Source of the DNA: Octopus sinensis
Taxonomy: Eukaryota
Direction: 5' to 3'
NCBI RefSeq assembly: GCF_006345805.1
Contig: NC_043016.1
Location: 7,936,001-8,000,000, forward strand
DNA: 64,000 bases
Position numbers and translations under genes: made by a program. Numbering within the stretch: position 1 is the first letter of the stretch; each line of letters opens with the position of its first letter. Positions 12,406 through 24,947 of the stretch are shown here, one piece after another. A model generated the notes under the pieces. That model worked only from the letters and a program-made list of their open reading frames with translations, had not been told where the DNA came from and searched no databases.

Positions 12406-13373
12406 TATATTTCTTAGATAAAATTTTGGAGAGACATCTTTCCAGAATTGTAGATTACAAATAAGGTTAATGACACTTTCAAAATTATTTTCACGTTTCA
12501 TTTTTTTAACTTTTTTTTTTTTTCGGTTTTTTTTATGCTGAAAGAAAATAAGTCCATACCATTTAACTATTCAATACCTTATTCATGACATCGCACAACA
12601 CAAGAAAAACAAAAATGAAATCTATTACGAAATCCTGATTCGTAATCTCTATTCATTATTAACATGAAATAGGAAGGCATGTTGAAAATATTTCCGAGTT
12701 TACGTTTTGCCTACTACAATACCGATTGAAAAGATTCTGTAAATGAAAAGCATTAGCGAACTAGCCTGTTACATATAGATCGGAAATATTGTGGAACATA
12801 TCCGGCGATATACTTTGTTCATCTTATCTGTTACAATTATGACGAGCAACAAGTCATGAGCAAATTATTGAATGATTAGAAAGGTAAGGGCTCGTTCTAT
12901 TCATGGATGAAAAGAATTACATAAATCTAAAAATAGAATTCCTCAGCATAGTAAATCTAAATTTTCATAAACCTATCTCATTAAAAAAAAATGTTATATA
13001 TTATTAAGAAAGTTCGGCATTTCTTCGTTTCCAAAGCGCTATATAAGTGTAAATAGGTGCTTTTGAGATCAAAAAGTCGAAGTGTTTTCCTTCGCAATAA
13101 ATAAATAACGCACGTACAATAATTTATAATAGCTTGTAGAGGGAACCTGAAACAATTGATGCGACAGGGTGAGCGGCAGTCCGAGATATCAATTCTAGGT
13201 GAGTATCGGTGAAAGAACGATAATAGTGTAGAGTTGTAATGAGGAGTTCTGCAATGACTGGAGTAGCAGGTATTTTGATGAAAATGAAGCTGCAAAATTT
13301 TACTGCATATTTTGCAAGAAAAACAATTTCTTACATAATTTCCCAGTTTATGTTCAAAAGAAAAAAAAAAGCG

Positions 13374-13798
13374 GGCGATCTTTCGTCTCTAGTAGACCTT
13401 TCCATCGATTTCCGTAAATTTTTTTTTTTTTACATATGGGCTTGCGGGAACTTTTGAAGTAATATACATACATATATACATACACCGAGTAAAAAATTTC
13501 AGTTATCTCTTTCTTTCACACATTACTCTGTCTCTTCACACACACTAACAGAAGCACTTCACTTACACAACATACTGTCTGTCTCCCACACCCCATCAAA
13601 CACACACACGCACACACATGTACATCAATGCTTCACATGCACGGTAACTTCAAAAGAACTTCCCTCGTCATACAATCGCTTTCTCTTAGTCTCTTTTGCT
13701 CTCATTACTTCAAAAGTTCCCGCAAGCCCATTTGTAAAAAAAAAAAAAAATTTTTTACGGAAATCGACGGAAAGGTCTACTAGAGACGAAAGATTGCC
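13374..13798. mobile_element. MITE family M2a (GGCGATCTTTCGTCTCTAG TIR, 8-bp TSD)
   Basis: Long TIRs; TSD AAAAAGCG on both sides. Confidence 0.85.
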
Positions 13799-13974
13799 AA
13801 AAAGCGAAACAAATTATATACAAAAGATACTATCTGTTGATCTTAAAATATGGAAGTTCAAACATATACAAACACGAGGATAAACAAGCGCATACGTGCG
13901 AATGCGGACGGCCACAGAAGAGATTTTACAGACACAAGCGGTATTACTTTTGTTTTGCAGACTGAATTGTATAT

Positions 13975-14211
13975 ACCTATTTCTTTACTACCCGCAAGGG
14001 GCTAAACACAGAGAGGACAAACAAGCACAGGCAAACGGATTAAGTCGATTACATCGACTCCAGTGCGCAACTAGTACTTATTTAATCGACCCCGAAAAAA
14101 GATGAAAGGCAAAGTCGACCTCGGCGGAATTTGAACTCAGAACGTAACGGCAGACGAATTACGGCTACGCATTTCGCCCGGCGTGCTTAACGTTTCTGCC
14201 AGTTCGCCGCC
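13975..14211 (-). mobile_element. SINE family B, full length, ~15-bp TSD
   Basis: Reverse complement of 47407-47636; flanks CTGAATT(G/A)TATATAC. Confidence 0.9.
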
Positions 14212-14294
14212 TTCTGAATTATATATACGACTTCTGACAATATAACATTTAAGAAAGATATCAGTCAACAGACTGGGAGACAAGAAATAAAATT

Positions 14295-14780
14295 GGCGAT
14301 GTTTCGCTTGTCGTAGCACAAGTTTCCGTCGATTTCCGTAAAAAACTTTTATTTTTTTACATAAGTAATGAGAGCGAAAGAGACTAAGAGAAAGCGATTG
14401 TATGACGAGGGAAGTTCTTTTAAAGTTACCGTGCATGGCAAGCATTGATGTACATGTGTGTGTTGGTGGTTTGATGGGGTGTGGGAGACAGACAGTATGT
14501 TGTGTAAGTGAAGTGCTTCTGTTAGTGTGTGCGAAAAACAGAGAGAGTAAGTAATGTGTGAAAGAGAGAGATAACTGAAATTTTTTACTCGGTGTATGTG
14601 TATATGTATGTCTGCATGTATGTGTGTGTGTATGTATCTATGTATGTGTGTGTGTATGTATGTGTGTGTATGTATGTATGTATGTATGTATGTATATGTA
14701 TGTATGGCCGATTCAGTGTTTACATTTTTTACGGAAATCGACGGAAACGTGTGCTACGACAAGCGAAACATCGCATCGCC
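14295..14780. mobile_element. MITE family M2b (GGCGATGTTTCGCTTGTCG TIR, 8-bp TSD)
   Basis: ~50-bp TIRs; TSD ATAAAATT on both sides; body is an inverted homologue of the M2a body. Confidence 0.85.
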
Positions 14781-15009
14781 ATAAAATTAAAATGATTTAC
14801 AGTAACAGTTTACGAGTAAATAATGACCAAAGTGAAATGCACCAGGTTTTCAAATAGAAAAAAACGGACGATAATCGATGTTTCTTTAGCGTGCAGAGTA
14901 CTGCATTATCCGTAGTCTACGATGTGAAATGACTGATCTGCGTTAGGATTAGGATTAGAGTTTAGGTTCAGATTTAGGGCTTAGTGGTATTCTTTTCATT
15001 TTATTTTTT

Positions 15010-15205
15010 TTTTACTTGTTTCAGTCATTTGACTGCGACCGTGCTGGAGCACCGCCTAGACGGCCTTGTAGTCGTGCATGTTGACACCAAGGCTTATTTT
15101 TAAGCCTAGTACTTATTCTACCGGTCCATTTTGCAGAACCGCTAGTTTACGGGGACGTAAATATACCAACACCGGTTGTCAAATGGTGATGGGGTGACAA
15201 ACGTA
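15010..15205 (-). mobile_element. SINE family A 3' half, diverged
   Basis: TTACTTGTTTCAGTCATTTGACTGCGACC... matches the family A 3' end. Confidence 0.75.
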
Positions 15206-15459
15206 CACGCGCGAGCATACATACACACACACACATATAAATATATACATATACATACATATATTACTCTTTATCTTATATTAAACTTTTAATACTTTTT
15301 GATAGTTATATAATTTTAAAAAAAATTTAGCTTTAATTTAAATGTTTTAATTTGGAATTTTATTTTTTTATATTTTATATTTTATAAATTTTATTTCTAT
15401 GTATTGGCTTATGATTTTCACTGTTTGATTTGCCTAATAGTGGTTTTATCTCTAATTTA

Positions 15460-15490
<31 letters not shown>

Positions 15491-15491
<1 letters not shown>

Positions 15492-15550
15492 ACAACCTAT
15501 TCTTACATCAATGTATAATCGACATTACATTGATGTAAGAATAGGTTGTT
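15491..15550. repeat. Perfect 25-bp inverted repeat with 10-nt loop
   Basis: AACAACCTATTCTTACATCAATGTA / TACATTGATGTAAGAATAGGTTGTT. Confidence 0.9.
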
Positions 15551-15684
15551 GTATAAAGCTTGAAACACGTGTACCGCGACATTCTTTGTGTTCTGTTTTT
15601 TATTTCATTTGATGCATATACCCTCTCACCTCTGCTACTATCTGGCATATACAAGTGCTTACACTTATCAAGTATTCACCCTGA

Positions 15685-15724
<40 letters not shown>

Positions 15725-15728
<4 letters not shown>

Positions 15729-16250
15729 TAATAAATAAAATATATGCATACATACAAACATATATGTACGTACATACATCTACATGTATATATACATGCA
15801 TATATAAATATATATACGTGAGTACAGGACACCACAACTAGACGTAGAACTCAACGAGAAACGAAAACGGGAAAAACAAATTTTTTTTACAACAGAAAAA
15901 CAGAGTACAGGACATACTACACAAGGAAAAATCCCCAATCATCAGCTGTCGCTAGTTAGACTCAAGCGTGTTTCGAAGGCAAGACAGGACACAACTCGTC
16001 AAAACTAGGCCTTCCTGCGAGAGAATTAAAATAAAATTACCTCGCAGAGGGGTAAAAACAAGCAAGAAAAAAATGTAACACAAACAGGACGTAAACATAA
16101 AACTGCACAATAAAATACAATATAAAAATACATGTACAAGAAAATACATAACGAGAAATAAAAAGAAAATACAATACGAGAAATCAAAATAAACAAGAAA
16201 ACAAACGAGAAAAACAAACGAAAAAGCCTTTTTTCTGGCTTAGACGGAAG
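15725..16250 (-). repeat. Dispersed repeat, same family as 3200-3690 and 42253-42750
   Basis: Near-identical first ~150 bp to 42253-42400; contains the motif ending CTGATGA on the minus strand. Confidence 0.65.
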
Positions 16251-16433
16251 ATGTTCTAGCAGCGCTTGGAAACACGACTTTACAGTTTGAAAGCAGCGTG
16301 CAAAAGGAAGTGGTTTGGGCTAGCAGTGACAAAGATGAGGAGGAGTGAGAGATAGAGGAAGACAAGCGGCTGAGAGAGAGATGAGGAAGAGTGAGAGGGA
16401 TTGAGAGTGTGGGGAAGGTAAAGCAAAGGGAGA

Positions 16434-16468
<35 letters not shown>

Positions 16469-16514
16469 TATACATACATACATACATACATACATACATA
16501 CATACATACATACA

Positions 16515-16546
<32 letters not shown>

Positions 16547-16554
16547 CATATATA

Positions 16555-17438
16555 TATGGGTTGGACAACATACTGGAAAAACCTAGCTTCATAGCATCAT
16601 ATTTTTGAAATATCTATAAAACCGTTAAAAGCTTGTTTTTATGTTTTTTTTTTATTTATTATTAGTGTTGCTTAATATATTTTGCTTAAATTGCTGTTTC
16701 TTTTCAGATATCATCAGAAAAAGATAATTAAAATTCATTAAAATGACAGATCTATCGGACTTTCAAAGAGGTCAAATTGTTGGTGCTCGTATGGCAGGCA
16801 CCAGCATAACGAAAACAGCCTAAATGTTTGGTGTTTCAAGAAGTACTGTCTTGAAAGTAATGACAGTCTTTGAGAAAGAGGAAAAAACCTCCTCGTCGAA
16901 ACAAAACTCCGGAAGAAAACCAAAACTTTCAGATAGAGACTGTCGGACTCTTACGAGAATTGTGAGAAAGGATCACAAAAGTACAGCTCCTAAAATTACT
17001 GCAGAATTTAATGACAACCTCGAGAATCCAGTTTCCACAAAAACTGTTCGCTGGGAGCTGCACAAAGCCGGATTTCAAGGGACGGCTGCAATCAGGAAAC
17101 CACTACTTTCAAAAACAAACGATGCAAAGCGTTTAGAGTGGAGTAAAAACCTACAGAACTGGTCCGTAGAGCAGTGGAAGAATGTTATTTTCTTGGACGA
17201 ATCATCCTTTACCTTATTTCTGACCACCGGCCGAGTAAACGTGTGGAGACAGCCAACAGAAGCATTTGATGCAGACTGCCTTCTTCCAATTATTAAACAT
17301 GGAGGAGGATCTGTGATGATCTGGGGGGGGGGGGCTATAGCTTGGAAATCCGTCGGCCCAATGGTTTCCTTTCATGGCAGAATTAATAGTCATGACTATT
17401 TAAGCACCTTATCTGATCAAATTCATCCAATATTTTAA
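16555..17438 (+). mobile_element. Tc1-like DNA transposon, 3'-truncated
   Basis: Probable 5' TIR GGGTTGGACAACATACTGGAAAAACC followed by the transposase reading frame. Confidence 0.8.
16743..17438 (+). pseudogene. Tc1 transposase pseudogene (stop at 16821-16823, truncated before the second catalytic D)
   Basis: MTDLSDFQRGQIVGARMAG...SGRKPKLSDRD...RKPLLS...WKNVIFLDESSF...KHGGGSVMIWG. Confidence 0.9.
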
Positions 17439-17544
17439 ATATTTCTATTATATGTAATTTTCTAGATGGTGTAATTTAATTGTTCATTTTGAATTGATAA
17501 AAGGTGGCTTTTTCTAATTTTTATATATGTGTGTGTGTGTGTAT

Positions 17545-17705
17545 ACGACGGGCGTCTTTCAGTTTCCACCTATCAAATCTACTGACAAGGGTTTGGTCGG
17601 GGACGAGACTATACTAAAAGACACTTGCCCAAAGTTCCCACACAGTGGGACTGAACCCAGAACCATGTGGTTGGGAAGCAAGCTTCTTACCACACACCCA
17701 CGCCT
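17545..17705 (-). mobile_element. SINE family A 5' half
   Basis: Diverged match to the family A head. Confidence 0.75.
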
Positions 17706-18445
17706 GAATACAATATATTTGTAAAATCAGTAAAAAATAATTTTAAAAAATCCATCATTGCTTATTACAACGAAGGATACGCGAGTCTTGATACATTTTA
17801 ATAATTGCTTAAATCCATCATAAGGTAAGTCATAGTACCACAAAATCAATTAAATAAGAATGTAACTGTGGAAGGGAAATACCAATGTCTTTTTTCCCTT
17901 TTTTTTACCTCTTTATTTATTTAGTTATTTGTTTATGTTGTTGTTGTTGCATAGCACTTCAGCGTGGTTTGCAGTTTCATGCGTAACCGGTTCGACGAAT
18001 TGTAAAGAATGATTGATCGTGCAGGGCTGAAAACCAGTTTAATTGATGACGTTCAATGAAACCCAGGAGATTACATACAACTCTTGCAATACATCTAACA
18101 GTATCGCTCTTGTTTTATCATCTGCAAGAGTTATGGCCAAGACTACAACCCACGGGACTTGCTAGATGGCACGCCAACGGAAAAATTACCTTCAAATTCT
18201 TTTTTTATTATTATTATTATTTTTTTTTTTTTTTTTTGTAGTGCGGCTCGCCAAAAGAACTATGCCTCATGTGGATTGCTTCTCGATCTACTGCAAACAG
18301 AAAACATCATTTAGAACCGATTTTGTTACTTTAAAAAAAAAAAAAGAAAAAGAAAAACCAGTTTTCACAAAAATAGTCAACATTGTATTTACGTCAGACA
18401 ACTACATTCTCATCAGTGTCAGCAGTGTTATTGACACCGCTGATT

Positions 18446-19322
18446 GGATCTTTTCGGTTTGACCGGCAGTTTTTAAAAATAATTTCCACGTAGGCGCAGG
18501 ATGGCTGTGTGGTAAGTAGCTTGCTAACCAACCACATGGTTCCGGGTTCAGTCCCACTGCGTGGCATCTTGGGCAAGTGTCTTCTGCTATAGCCCCGGGC
18601 CGACCAATGCCTTGTGAGTGGATTTGGTAGACGGAAACTGAAAGAAGCCTGTCGTATATATGTATATATATGTATATATGTGTGTGTGTGTTTGTCCCCC
18701 TAGCATTGCTTGACAACCGATGCTGGTGTGTTTATGTGTGTGTGTTTGTCCCCCTAGCATTGCTTGACAACCGATGCTGGTGTGTTTATGTCCCCGTCAC
18801 TTAGCGGTTCGGCAAAAGAGACTGATAGAATAAGTACTGGGCTTACAAAGAATAAGTCCCGGGGTCGATTTGCTCGACTAAAGGCGGTGCCCCAGCATGG
18901 CCGCAGTCAAATGACTGAAACAAGTAAACGAGTAACACTTTTAAACTTCGTATACTAGTAGAATGTGTTTATAAAACATCTTTTTCTCCTGACTTTCTTG
19001 AGAAAATTCTATAGTTTGTAAAATATTTGGGTTTTTTTCTTCAATTTCTGCAATTTCAACCAATCAATGGCGTCTATTGAGGTGAAAATATTCTGTGCCG
19101 TATGAATATGTCCCTCGTTTAAGAAACAGATTGGGTTTATTTACGTTTCCGAAGAAAAAAAGATACCCTTCCTCCACCCCTAATCCTAACCCTAACTAAC
19201 CACAACTAACCCTAACCCTAAAATAGATTAAAATGCAATAGATCGATACTAGGATCATGATTATGGGTGACAATTTCATATGACACCGCTAGAAAAAACT
19301 GCCGTTAAAACCGAAAGGATTC
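18446..19322. mobile_element. MITE M1 interrupted by SINE A
   Basis: TIRs, TSD CGCTGATT, internal CCCTAA repeats. Confidence 0.85.
18493..18935 (+). mobile_element. SINE family A with ~56-bp internal tandem duplication
   Basis: Full head and tail; TGTTTGTCCCCCTAGCATTGCTTGACAACCGATGCTGGTGTGTTTATG is present twice. Confidence 0.9.
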
Positions 19323-19573
19323 CGCTGATTTTTTAGTGGATTTTCCATTAAATGCTCTGCAAATTTATCTCAGCAGTAGCTCTTCCAAGTTCAATACTGC
19401 CTCTGATAGTTGATACTCAAACGCTATCGTTTTCATGCTCTTTGTGTTACGCGGCCAATGAGAGATTGGAAACGCGAAGTGACGTGATATTGTGGTCACG
19501 GGACCAAGAGAGATTACCCTTCCTGCCATGTTGATATCAACATATTGGAAACATTACAGAAAATATAACATTA

Positions 19574-19957
19574 CTAGCAGTATCGCCCGGCGTTGCTCAG
19601 GTTTGTAAGGGAAATAACTATAAAGCATTTTTAGAGAGTTATAGCCAAAAAATAGCAAAAAAATGGAAAAAAAATGATGGCAAATTTTTTTGAGAGTTAA
19701 AAAAGGTCGAGTTGCGTCCCCTAGACAGTCTGTGGTTTGTGTTTCTGATTCTCGACCCCATGTCGAATTTATCGATTTTTTTCAGAACTGGGGGAACTTT
19801 TCAAAATTTTCGCTGCGTTAGTTTTGAATTATGACATTAGGCTATGTGTGTGTCAAGTTTCATCAGAATCGGTTGAAAGCCGTGGTCAGGGTAAGGGTAC
19901 AACCTCACAGACACACAGAAACACACACAGACAAACTGCCGTTTATATATAGAGAGA
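19574..19957 (-). mobile_element. Non-autonomous Helitron (chimeric ends)
   Basis: Minus strand reads A|TCTCTCTATATATAAACGG ... CCTGAGCAACGCCGGGCGATACTGCTAG|T: TC start, hairpin, CTAG end, AT target. Confidence 0.85.
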
Positions 19958-20151
19958 TTAAAAGAGAAAAGAAGCATGGTCATTCCTTACCCAAATGACA
20001 TTACCTTATCGCCCATCACTTGTTAAGCGCTCATAAATTAGTCTGATAGTTGAGCTCTGATTGGCTGTATGCAAATGAGTTCATAACCGAGGTCCGGAAC
20101 TCTTGTAAGAAAAAGTTTCGCAACCTGCACGTTCGATGTTGACAGTGCCAT

Positions 20152-20241
20152 TATGTATGTATGTATGTATGTATGTATGTATGTATGTATGTATGTATGT
20201 ATGTATGTATGTATGTATGTGTGTATGCATGTATGTATGTA

Positions 20242-20274
<33 letters not shown>

Positions 20275-20362
20275 TGTGTGTGTGTATGTATGTATGTAAG
20301 TATGTATGTATGTATGTATGTATGTATGTATGTATGTATGTGTGTATGCATGTATGTATGTA

Positions 20363-20393
<31 letters not shown>

Positions 20394-20785
20394 CATGCAT
20401 GCATGCATGTATGTAATGTATGTATGTATGTATGTGTGTATGTATGAATGAATATATGTATGAATGCATGTATGTATGAATGTATGTATGTATGTATGTA
20501 TGTATGTATTATGTATGCATGTATGTATGTATGTATGTATGTATGAATGAATATATGTATGAATGCATGTATGTATGAATGTATGTATGTATGTATGTAT
20601 GTATGTATGTATGTATGAATGAATATATGTATGAATGCATGTATGTATGAATGTATGTTTGTATGTATGAATGTATGTATGTATGTATGTATGTATGCAT
20701 GCATGCATGCATGCATGCATGCATGTATGTATGTATGTATGCATGCATGTATGCATGCATGTATGTATGTACGTATGTACGTATT
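20152..20785. repeat. (TATG)n compound microsatellite
   Basis: Directly visible. Confidence 0.95.
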
Positions 20786-20993
20786 TATTTTTTTAATGAA
20801 TTACTTGCCCTTTGTTTGGAACTATAAAGTTATGAAGACCATCTTCAACATCTTTTCATCCTTCTACCGCAATAGTCTCATCTTCAAAATATAAGGAAAG
20901 TGGTCTGACTGTTGCCACCTTTATAACAGATGGGACTAATGTGATTGTTGAACTTGAATTTCAACTGTTAGAATTATACATATCGGTGAGGTG

Positions 20994-21555
20994 TGTAAGG
21001 AAATGTGAATATCTTCTCTGGACCTTTTGGGGGTGCGAGAAGCAATCACTTTCCGTTGCTTTTATATCCAGATTCTACCAGTCAAAGAAACACAAAACGC
21101 AGACGTAAAAAATAGATATACTTTATTGTTTTATACCGGTGAGAAATCAGTGGTTTATCTGATATCCTTGGTTCTGGGCGCGCAAGGCTGAAAGTTAATC
21201 GCTTGTAAGATTTACAATGTTCAGCCGCTAAAAACAGAACGGGTTAAAGATGGCCGCGGAATAATGAAGACGATGTTGTCTGCAACAATTCGGTAAAAAA
21301 CCTTCGGCCGACTGCTATCAAAGCTGGACAGAGAGAAATATACGTCTGCTGGTATCAAAGGCCTTTTGCTGTCTCTGCTGTCTCTGCTGGACTCTGATGG
21401 TCAAGGTTTTTGCGTTCCCTTGCCTCTTTTCTAAGGGTCGCTTTTCCTAGCCAATCAGCTAATTCCACGATAGCAATATTTCCTCTTGGTGATGAAAACA
21501 CGCGCGAATCAGAAAAGGGCGTTGCGCGCGCGCGCTGTTGTATAGCGTCACTACA
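20994..21555 (-). repeat. 3' LTR
   Basis: Direct repeat of 26124-26685; I counted three substitutions by eye. Confidence 0.95.
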
Positions 21556-21568
21556 AAGGTTCCCCCAC
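21556..21568 (-). promoter_or_regulatory. Polypurine tract
   Basis: Minus strand GTGGGGGAACCTT immediately before the 3' LTR. Confidence 0.6.
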
Positions 21569-21769
21569 AAATGCGTATGCACGAAGGAAACTTATTGTAG
21601 TGACTGCAAAACTCAAGGTGGATACCAGACAACCAAAATAACACACAATATAATACATTAAAACAACAAAAAGAAAAAAATTCACCTAAAAGGTAAAAAG
21701 AGAAAAAATACTCAAAATGAGCAAAGTTCAATGAGTATTGAACTGTCACTGGGAAGTCAATTGAAAATG

Positions 21770-23494
21770 TCAAATATAAATAGTTTTGGAAAGTTTTTCC
21801 GGCCAGTGAACAGTTCTGCCTGACCTCGTAACATAAGGTCTGTTCGAGGCAGGCTGCGACGACGAAGGTGGTGTTGTCGATGTTGGTGTTGATAATGGTG
21901 CATGTGTAAATAGTGGTGTTGTCAAAGGTGCATGTGAAGGTTCAACGATGGTTGTGGCAGTGGGGTCATTAAAAGATGTGGACACCTCAAAATATGTCTC
22001 CGAACGACCGTTAATTTCAAGTTTGAATACCTTCGGCGTGCGAGAAATCACACGAAAAGGTCCTTTATAAGGAGAAACAAGAGGTCCTTTGACAGAATCA
22101 TCACGAATAAAAACATGCATCCAAGAATTAAGGTCTGATGGCACACTAGAAGGAGGATTTTGGTGTCGAGGGTCCGTAGGAGGAAGGGCAGAAAAATATC
22201 TGCGTAATCGAGCAACATAAGACTCTAAATTAAGAGACTGTGACTTGTCTGGCACCAACATCGTACCAGGCAATGCCAGTGTGGTACCATACAAGAGCTC
22301 GGCAGACGAAAAACCAAGGTCTGCTTTAATCGCAGTCCGACATCCAAGCAGGACGATCGGTAGAAATTCAGTCCATGACTGTGGATTCGGCGAGGCACGC
22401 AAAGCGGCCTTAAGTTGCCTATGGAAACGCTCCACCATCCCATTAGAAGCGGGGTGGTAACTTGTGGTGCGTATATGATGCATCCCCAGGATTCGTGATA
22501 ACTCACGAAACAATGCAGACTCGAATTGTCGACCACGATCTGTGGTTAAACTGTACGGTACACCATACCTCGAAATCCAATTAGATACGAAACCCCTCGC
22601 AACAGTTTCAGCTGAAATGTCTGCTATAGGAATAGCTTCCGGCCAGCGTGAAAAGCGATCAATACAAGTTAAAATGTATGAGAACCCGCGACTCACAGGC
22701 CATGGTCCAACCAAATCAAGGTGGATATGGCGAAAACGGGCTTCAGGAGAGGAAAATTGTCCAAGTGGAGCACGAACGTGTCTATGGACTTTAGCACTCT
22801 GGCACCTCAAACAAGAGCGTGCCCAAGAGGTAATTGATCGTCGCATATTGGGCCAGAAGAACCGAGCAGTAACAAGCCTTACTGTGGCAGAGATACTTGG
22901 ATGTGACAGTGAATGAAGAGCATCAAACACAGAACGCTGATGTTTCTCAGGTACTAATGGTCTAGGTGAACCGGTAGAAACGTCACAAAGAATAGAGCCT
23001 TCCGCTGTAGGGAGCGGAAGGTAGACAAACTTACAGTTAATAAACTTAGGCGAAGTTAAATCCAACTCCTCTAAAGGTAGTTGATCCTGCGAAATAGCAG
23101 TTAAATCAATTGCTGCAGGAGAGGAAATGGAATTGACAGGGAGTCTAGAGAGAGCATCTGCAGGGACGTTCTCACTGCCTGGCACATGCCTAATGTCACT
23201 TGTAAATTGGGAAATATAGTCCAGGTGACGGAAAGCACGAGGAGAGAGTTTATCCGTTTTAGAAGATAATGCAAAGGTAAGGGGCTTGTGATCAGTATAA
23301 ATCACAAACTCTCGTCCCTCGAGCTGGTGTTGAAAATGCCGAACTGACAGATAGATCGCTAGTAACTCTCGATCAAAAGTACTATATCTGCGTTCAGCTG
23401 GCTTTAGCTGACAAGAAAAGAAAGCTAAAGGTTTAACTTCACCCTCTACGGTGTGCTGCAAAACAGCGCCAATTGCAGACTCTGATGCGTCCAC
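21770..23494 (-). CDS. pol: Gypsy Pol C-terminal part: RNase H + integrase (frameshifted from the RT part)
   Basis: [33 protein letters not shown] (HSLSH...CLRC), [31 protein letters not shown]. Confidence 0.92.
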   Translation of the reverse strand: MDASESAIGAVLQHTVEGEVKPLAFFSCQLKPAERRYSTFDRELLAIYLSVRHFQHQLEGREFVIYTDHKPLTFALSSKTDKLSPRAFRHLDYISQFTSDIRHVPGSENVPADALSRLPVNSISSPAAIDLTAISQDQLPLEELDLTSPKFINCKFVYLPLPTAEGSILCDVSTGSPRPLVPEKHQRSVFDALHSLSHPSISATVRLVTARFFWPNMRRSITSWARSCLRCQSAKVHRHVRAPLGQFSSPEARFRHIHLDLVGPWPVSRGFSYILTCIDRFSRWPEAIPIADISAETVARGFVSNWISRYGVPYSLTTDRGRQFESALFRELSRILGMHHIRTTSYHPASNGMVERFHRQLKAALRASPNPQSWTEFLPIVLLGCRTAIKADLGFSSAELLYGTTLALPGTMLVPDKSQSLNLESYVARLRRYFSALPPTDPRHQNPPSSVPSDLNSWMHVFIRDDSVKGPLVSPYKGPFRVISRTPKVFKLEINGRSETYFEVSTSFNDPTATTIVEPSHAPLTTPLFTHAPLSTPTSTTPPSSSQPASNRPYVTRSGRTVHWPEKLSKTIYI

Positions 23495-24873
23495 AGATAA
23501 GTAGTAAGTGGAGCATTAGGAGCCGGATGTGCCAAAATAGGGACTGAAGCTAGTTCCTTTTTAACTAAATTAAAGGCAGATAGTGCTTCAGCCGAAAGAG
23601 CAAGACGGGCGTCCTTCTTGGAATTGCCCTTTAGCATCTGTGTTAAAGGTAACAACTTGTCCGCACACCGATCTATGAAACGTCTATAGAAATTTACTAT
23701 GCCTAAAAAATGGCGAAGTTGACGCAAAGAAGAAGGTGGTGCGATGCGCTGAATAGCATCGACTTTGGACGAGAGTGGTTTGATTCCTCTCGAGTCAATA
23801 TAATGACCAAGAAAATTTAGAGATGGTTGCCCAAAAACACACTTGTCTGGATTAATGCGAACACCATAGTCGCGAAGACGCTGAAAAAGCTGAGACAAGT
23901 GCAGGAGATGATTTTCATGCGTATCACTTGCGATTAGAATATCATCGACATACGCGAACACAAAATCAAGTCCGCGAACAACTTCATCTATAAATCGTTG
24001 GGAAGTACTAGTGGCATTCCTCAAACCAAAACTCATGAATAAAAATTCGAAACAGCCAAAAGGAGTAGTAATTGCTGTTTTAGGAATATCGTCTGAGTTG
24101 ACCGGTATTTGATGGTAGGCACGTATGAGGTCAACCTTAGAAAAAATAGTACAGCCATGTAAATTCGCCGAAAAATCGTTCAAAATCCTTATGGGATATT
24201 TGTCCGGAATCGTCACCGAATTTAGACGCCGATAATCTCCCACCGGGCGAAAATCTGTATCCCCTTTTCTAACTAAATGAAGGGGAGATGCCCAAGGACT
24301 GGTGGATGGGCGTATCAGACCGAGCTGGAGCATATGCTCAAACTCAGCCCTAGCAGTTTTGAGTCGATCAGGTGCAAGACGCCTTGGACGCGAGAAAACA
24401 GGCGGTCCAGTTGTTGTTATAAAGTGGCGTGTCGAATGCAATGGCTTAGCCACCCTAAAGGTAACATTATATAGCTCTGGAAAAGAAGCTAAAAGAGAGT
24501 GAAAAACATCTCCAGATGTACCGACAAAAAATGTCGGGCTAAGAGCTAAATTGGTAGATTCTCTGGTCGGCGTGGAGAGTGTAGTCGAACTATCGACTAG
24601 CCTCCGACGTCTGACATCTACCAACAAATCAAATTCATTTAGAAAATCCGCACCTAAAATAGGATGCGGAATGTCGGCAATGACAAAAACCCATTGAAAG
24701 TCTCGTCGAAGATTAATATCAAGGCGTAACGAGATCTGACCGAATGTGGCTATTGGTGACGAGTCAATAGCGTGCAAGATGACGTTAGATCGTTTTGGCC
24801 TGTCGGTTGTGCAACGCAGTGGCCAAATACTGCAACAAGAACCAGTGTCCACCATGAAGTTTTTTTTCGACAC
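23446..24873 (-). CDS. pol: Gypsy Pol N-terminal part: aspartic protease + reverse transcriptase
   Basis: [52 protein letters not shown]. Confidence 0.93.
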   Translation of the reverse strand: MSKKNFMVDTGSCCSIWPLRCTTDRPKRSNVILHAIDSSPIATFGQISLRLDINLRRDFQWVFVIADIPHPILGADFLNEFDLLVDVRRRRLVDSSTTLSTPTRESTNLALSPTFFVGTSGDVFHSLLASFPELYNVTFRVAKPLHSTRHFITTTGPPVFSRPRRLAPDRLKTARAEFEHMLQLGLIRPSTSPWASPLHLVRKGDTDFRPVGDYRRLNSVTIPDKYPIRILNDFSANLHGCTIFSKVDLIRAYHQIPVNSDDIPKTAITTPFGCFEFLFMSFGLRNATSTSQRFIDEVVRGLDFVFAYVDDILIASDTHENHLLHLSQLFQRLRDYGVRINPDKCVFGQPSLNFLGHYIDSRGIKPLSSKVDAIQRIAPPSSLRQLRHFLGIVNFYRRFIDRCADKLLPLTQMLKGNSKKDARLALSAEALSAFNLVKKELASVPILAHPAPNAPLTTYLWTHQSLQLALFCSTP

Positions 24874-24947
24874 TAGATCCTTAACAAAGAATGTACGATA
24901 ACTAGAAAATGTTGTGGAGGAAGTTCACGTGCTCAAATTCTCCGAAT

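Noticed and set aside
21355-21773. ORFs within or overlapping the LTR, as a possible env or accessory gene
   Set aside because: Short, overlapping on both strands, no env features, mostly LTR sequence
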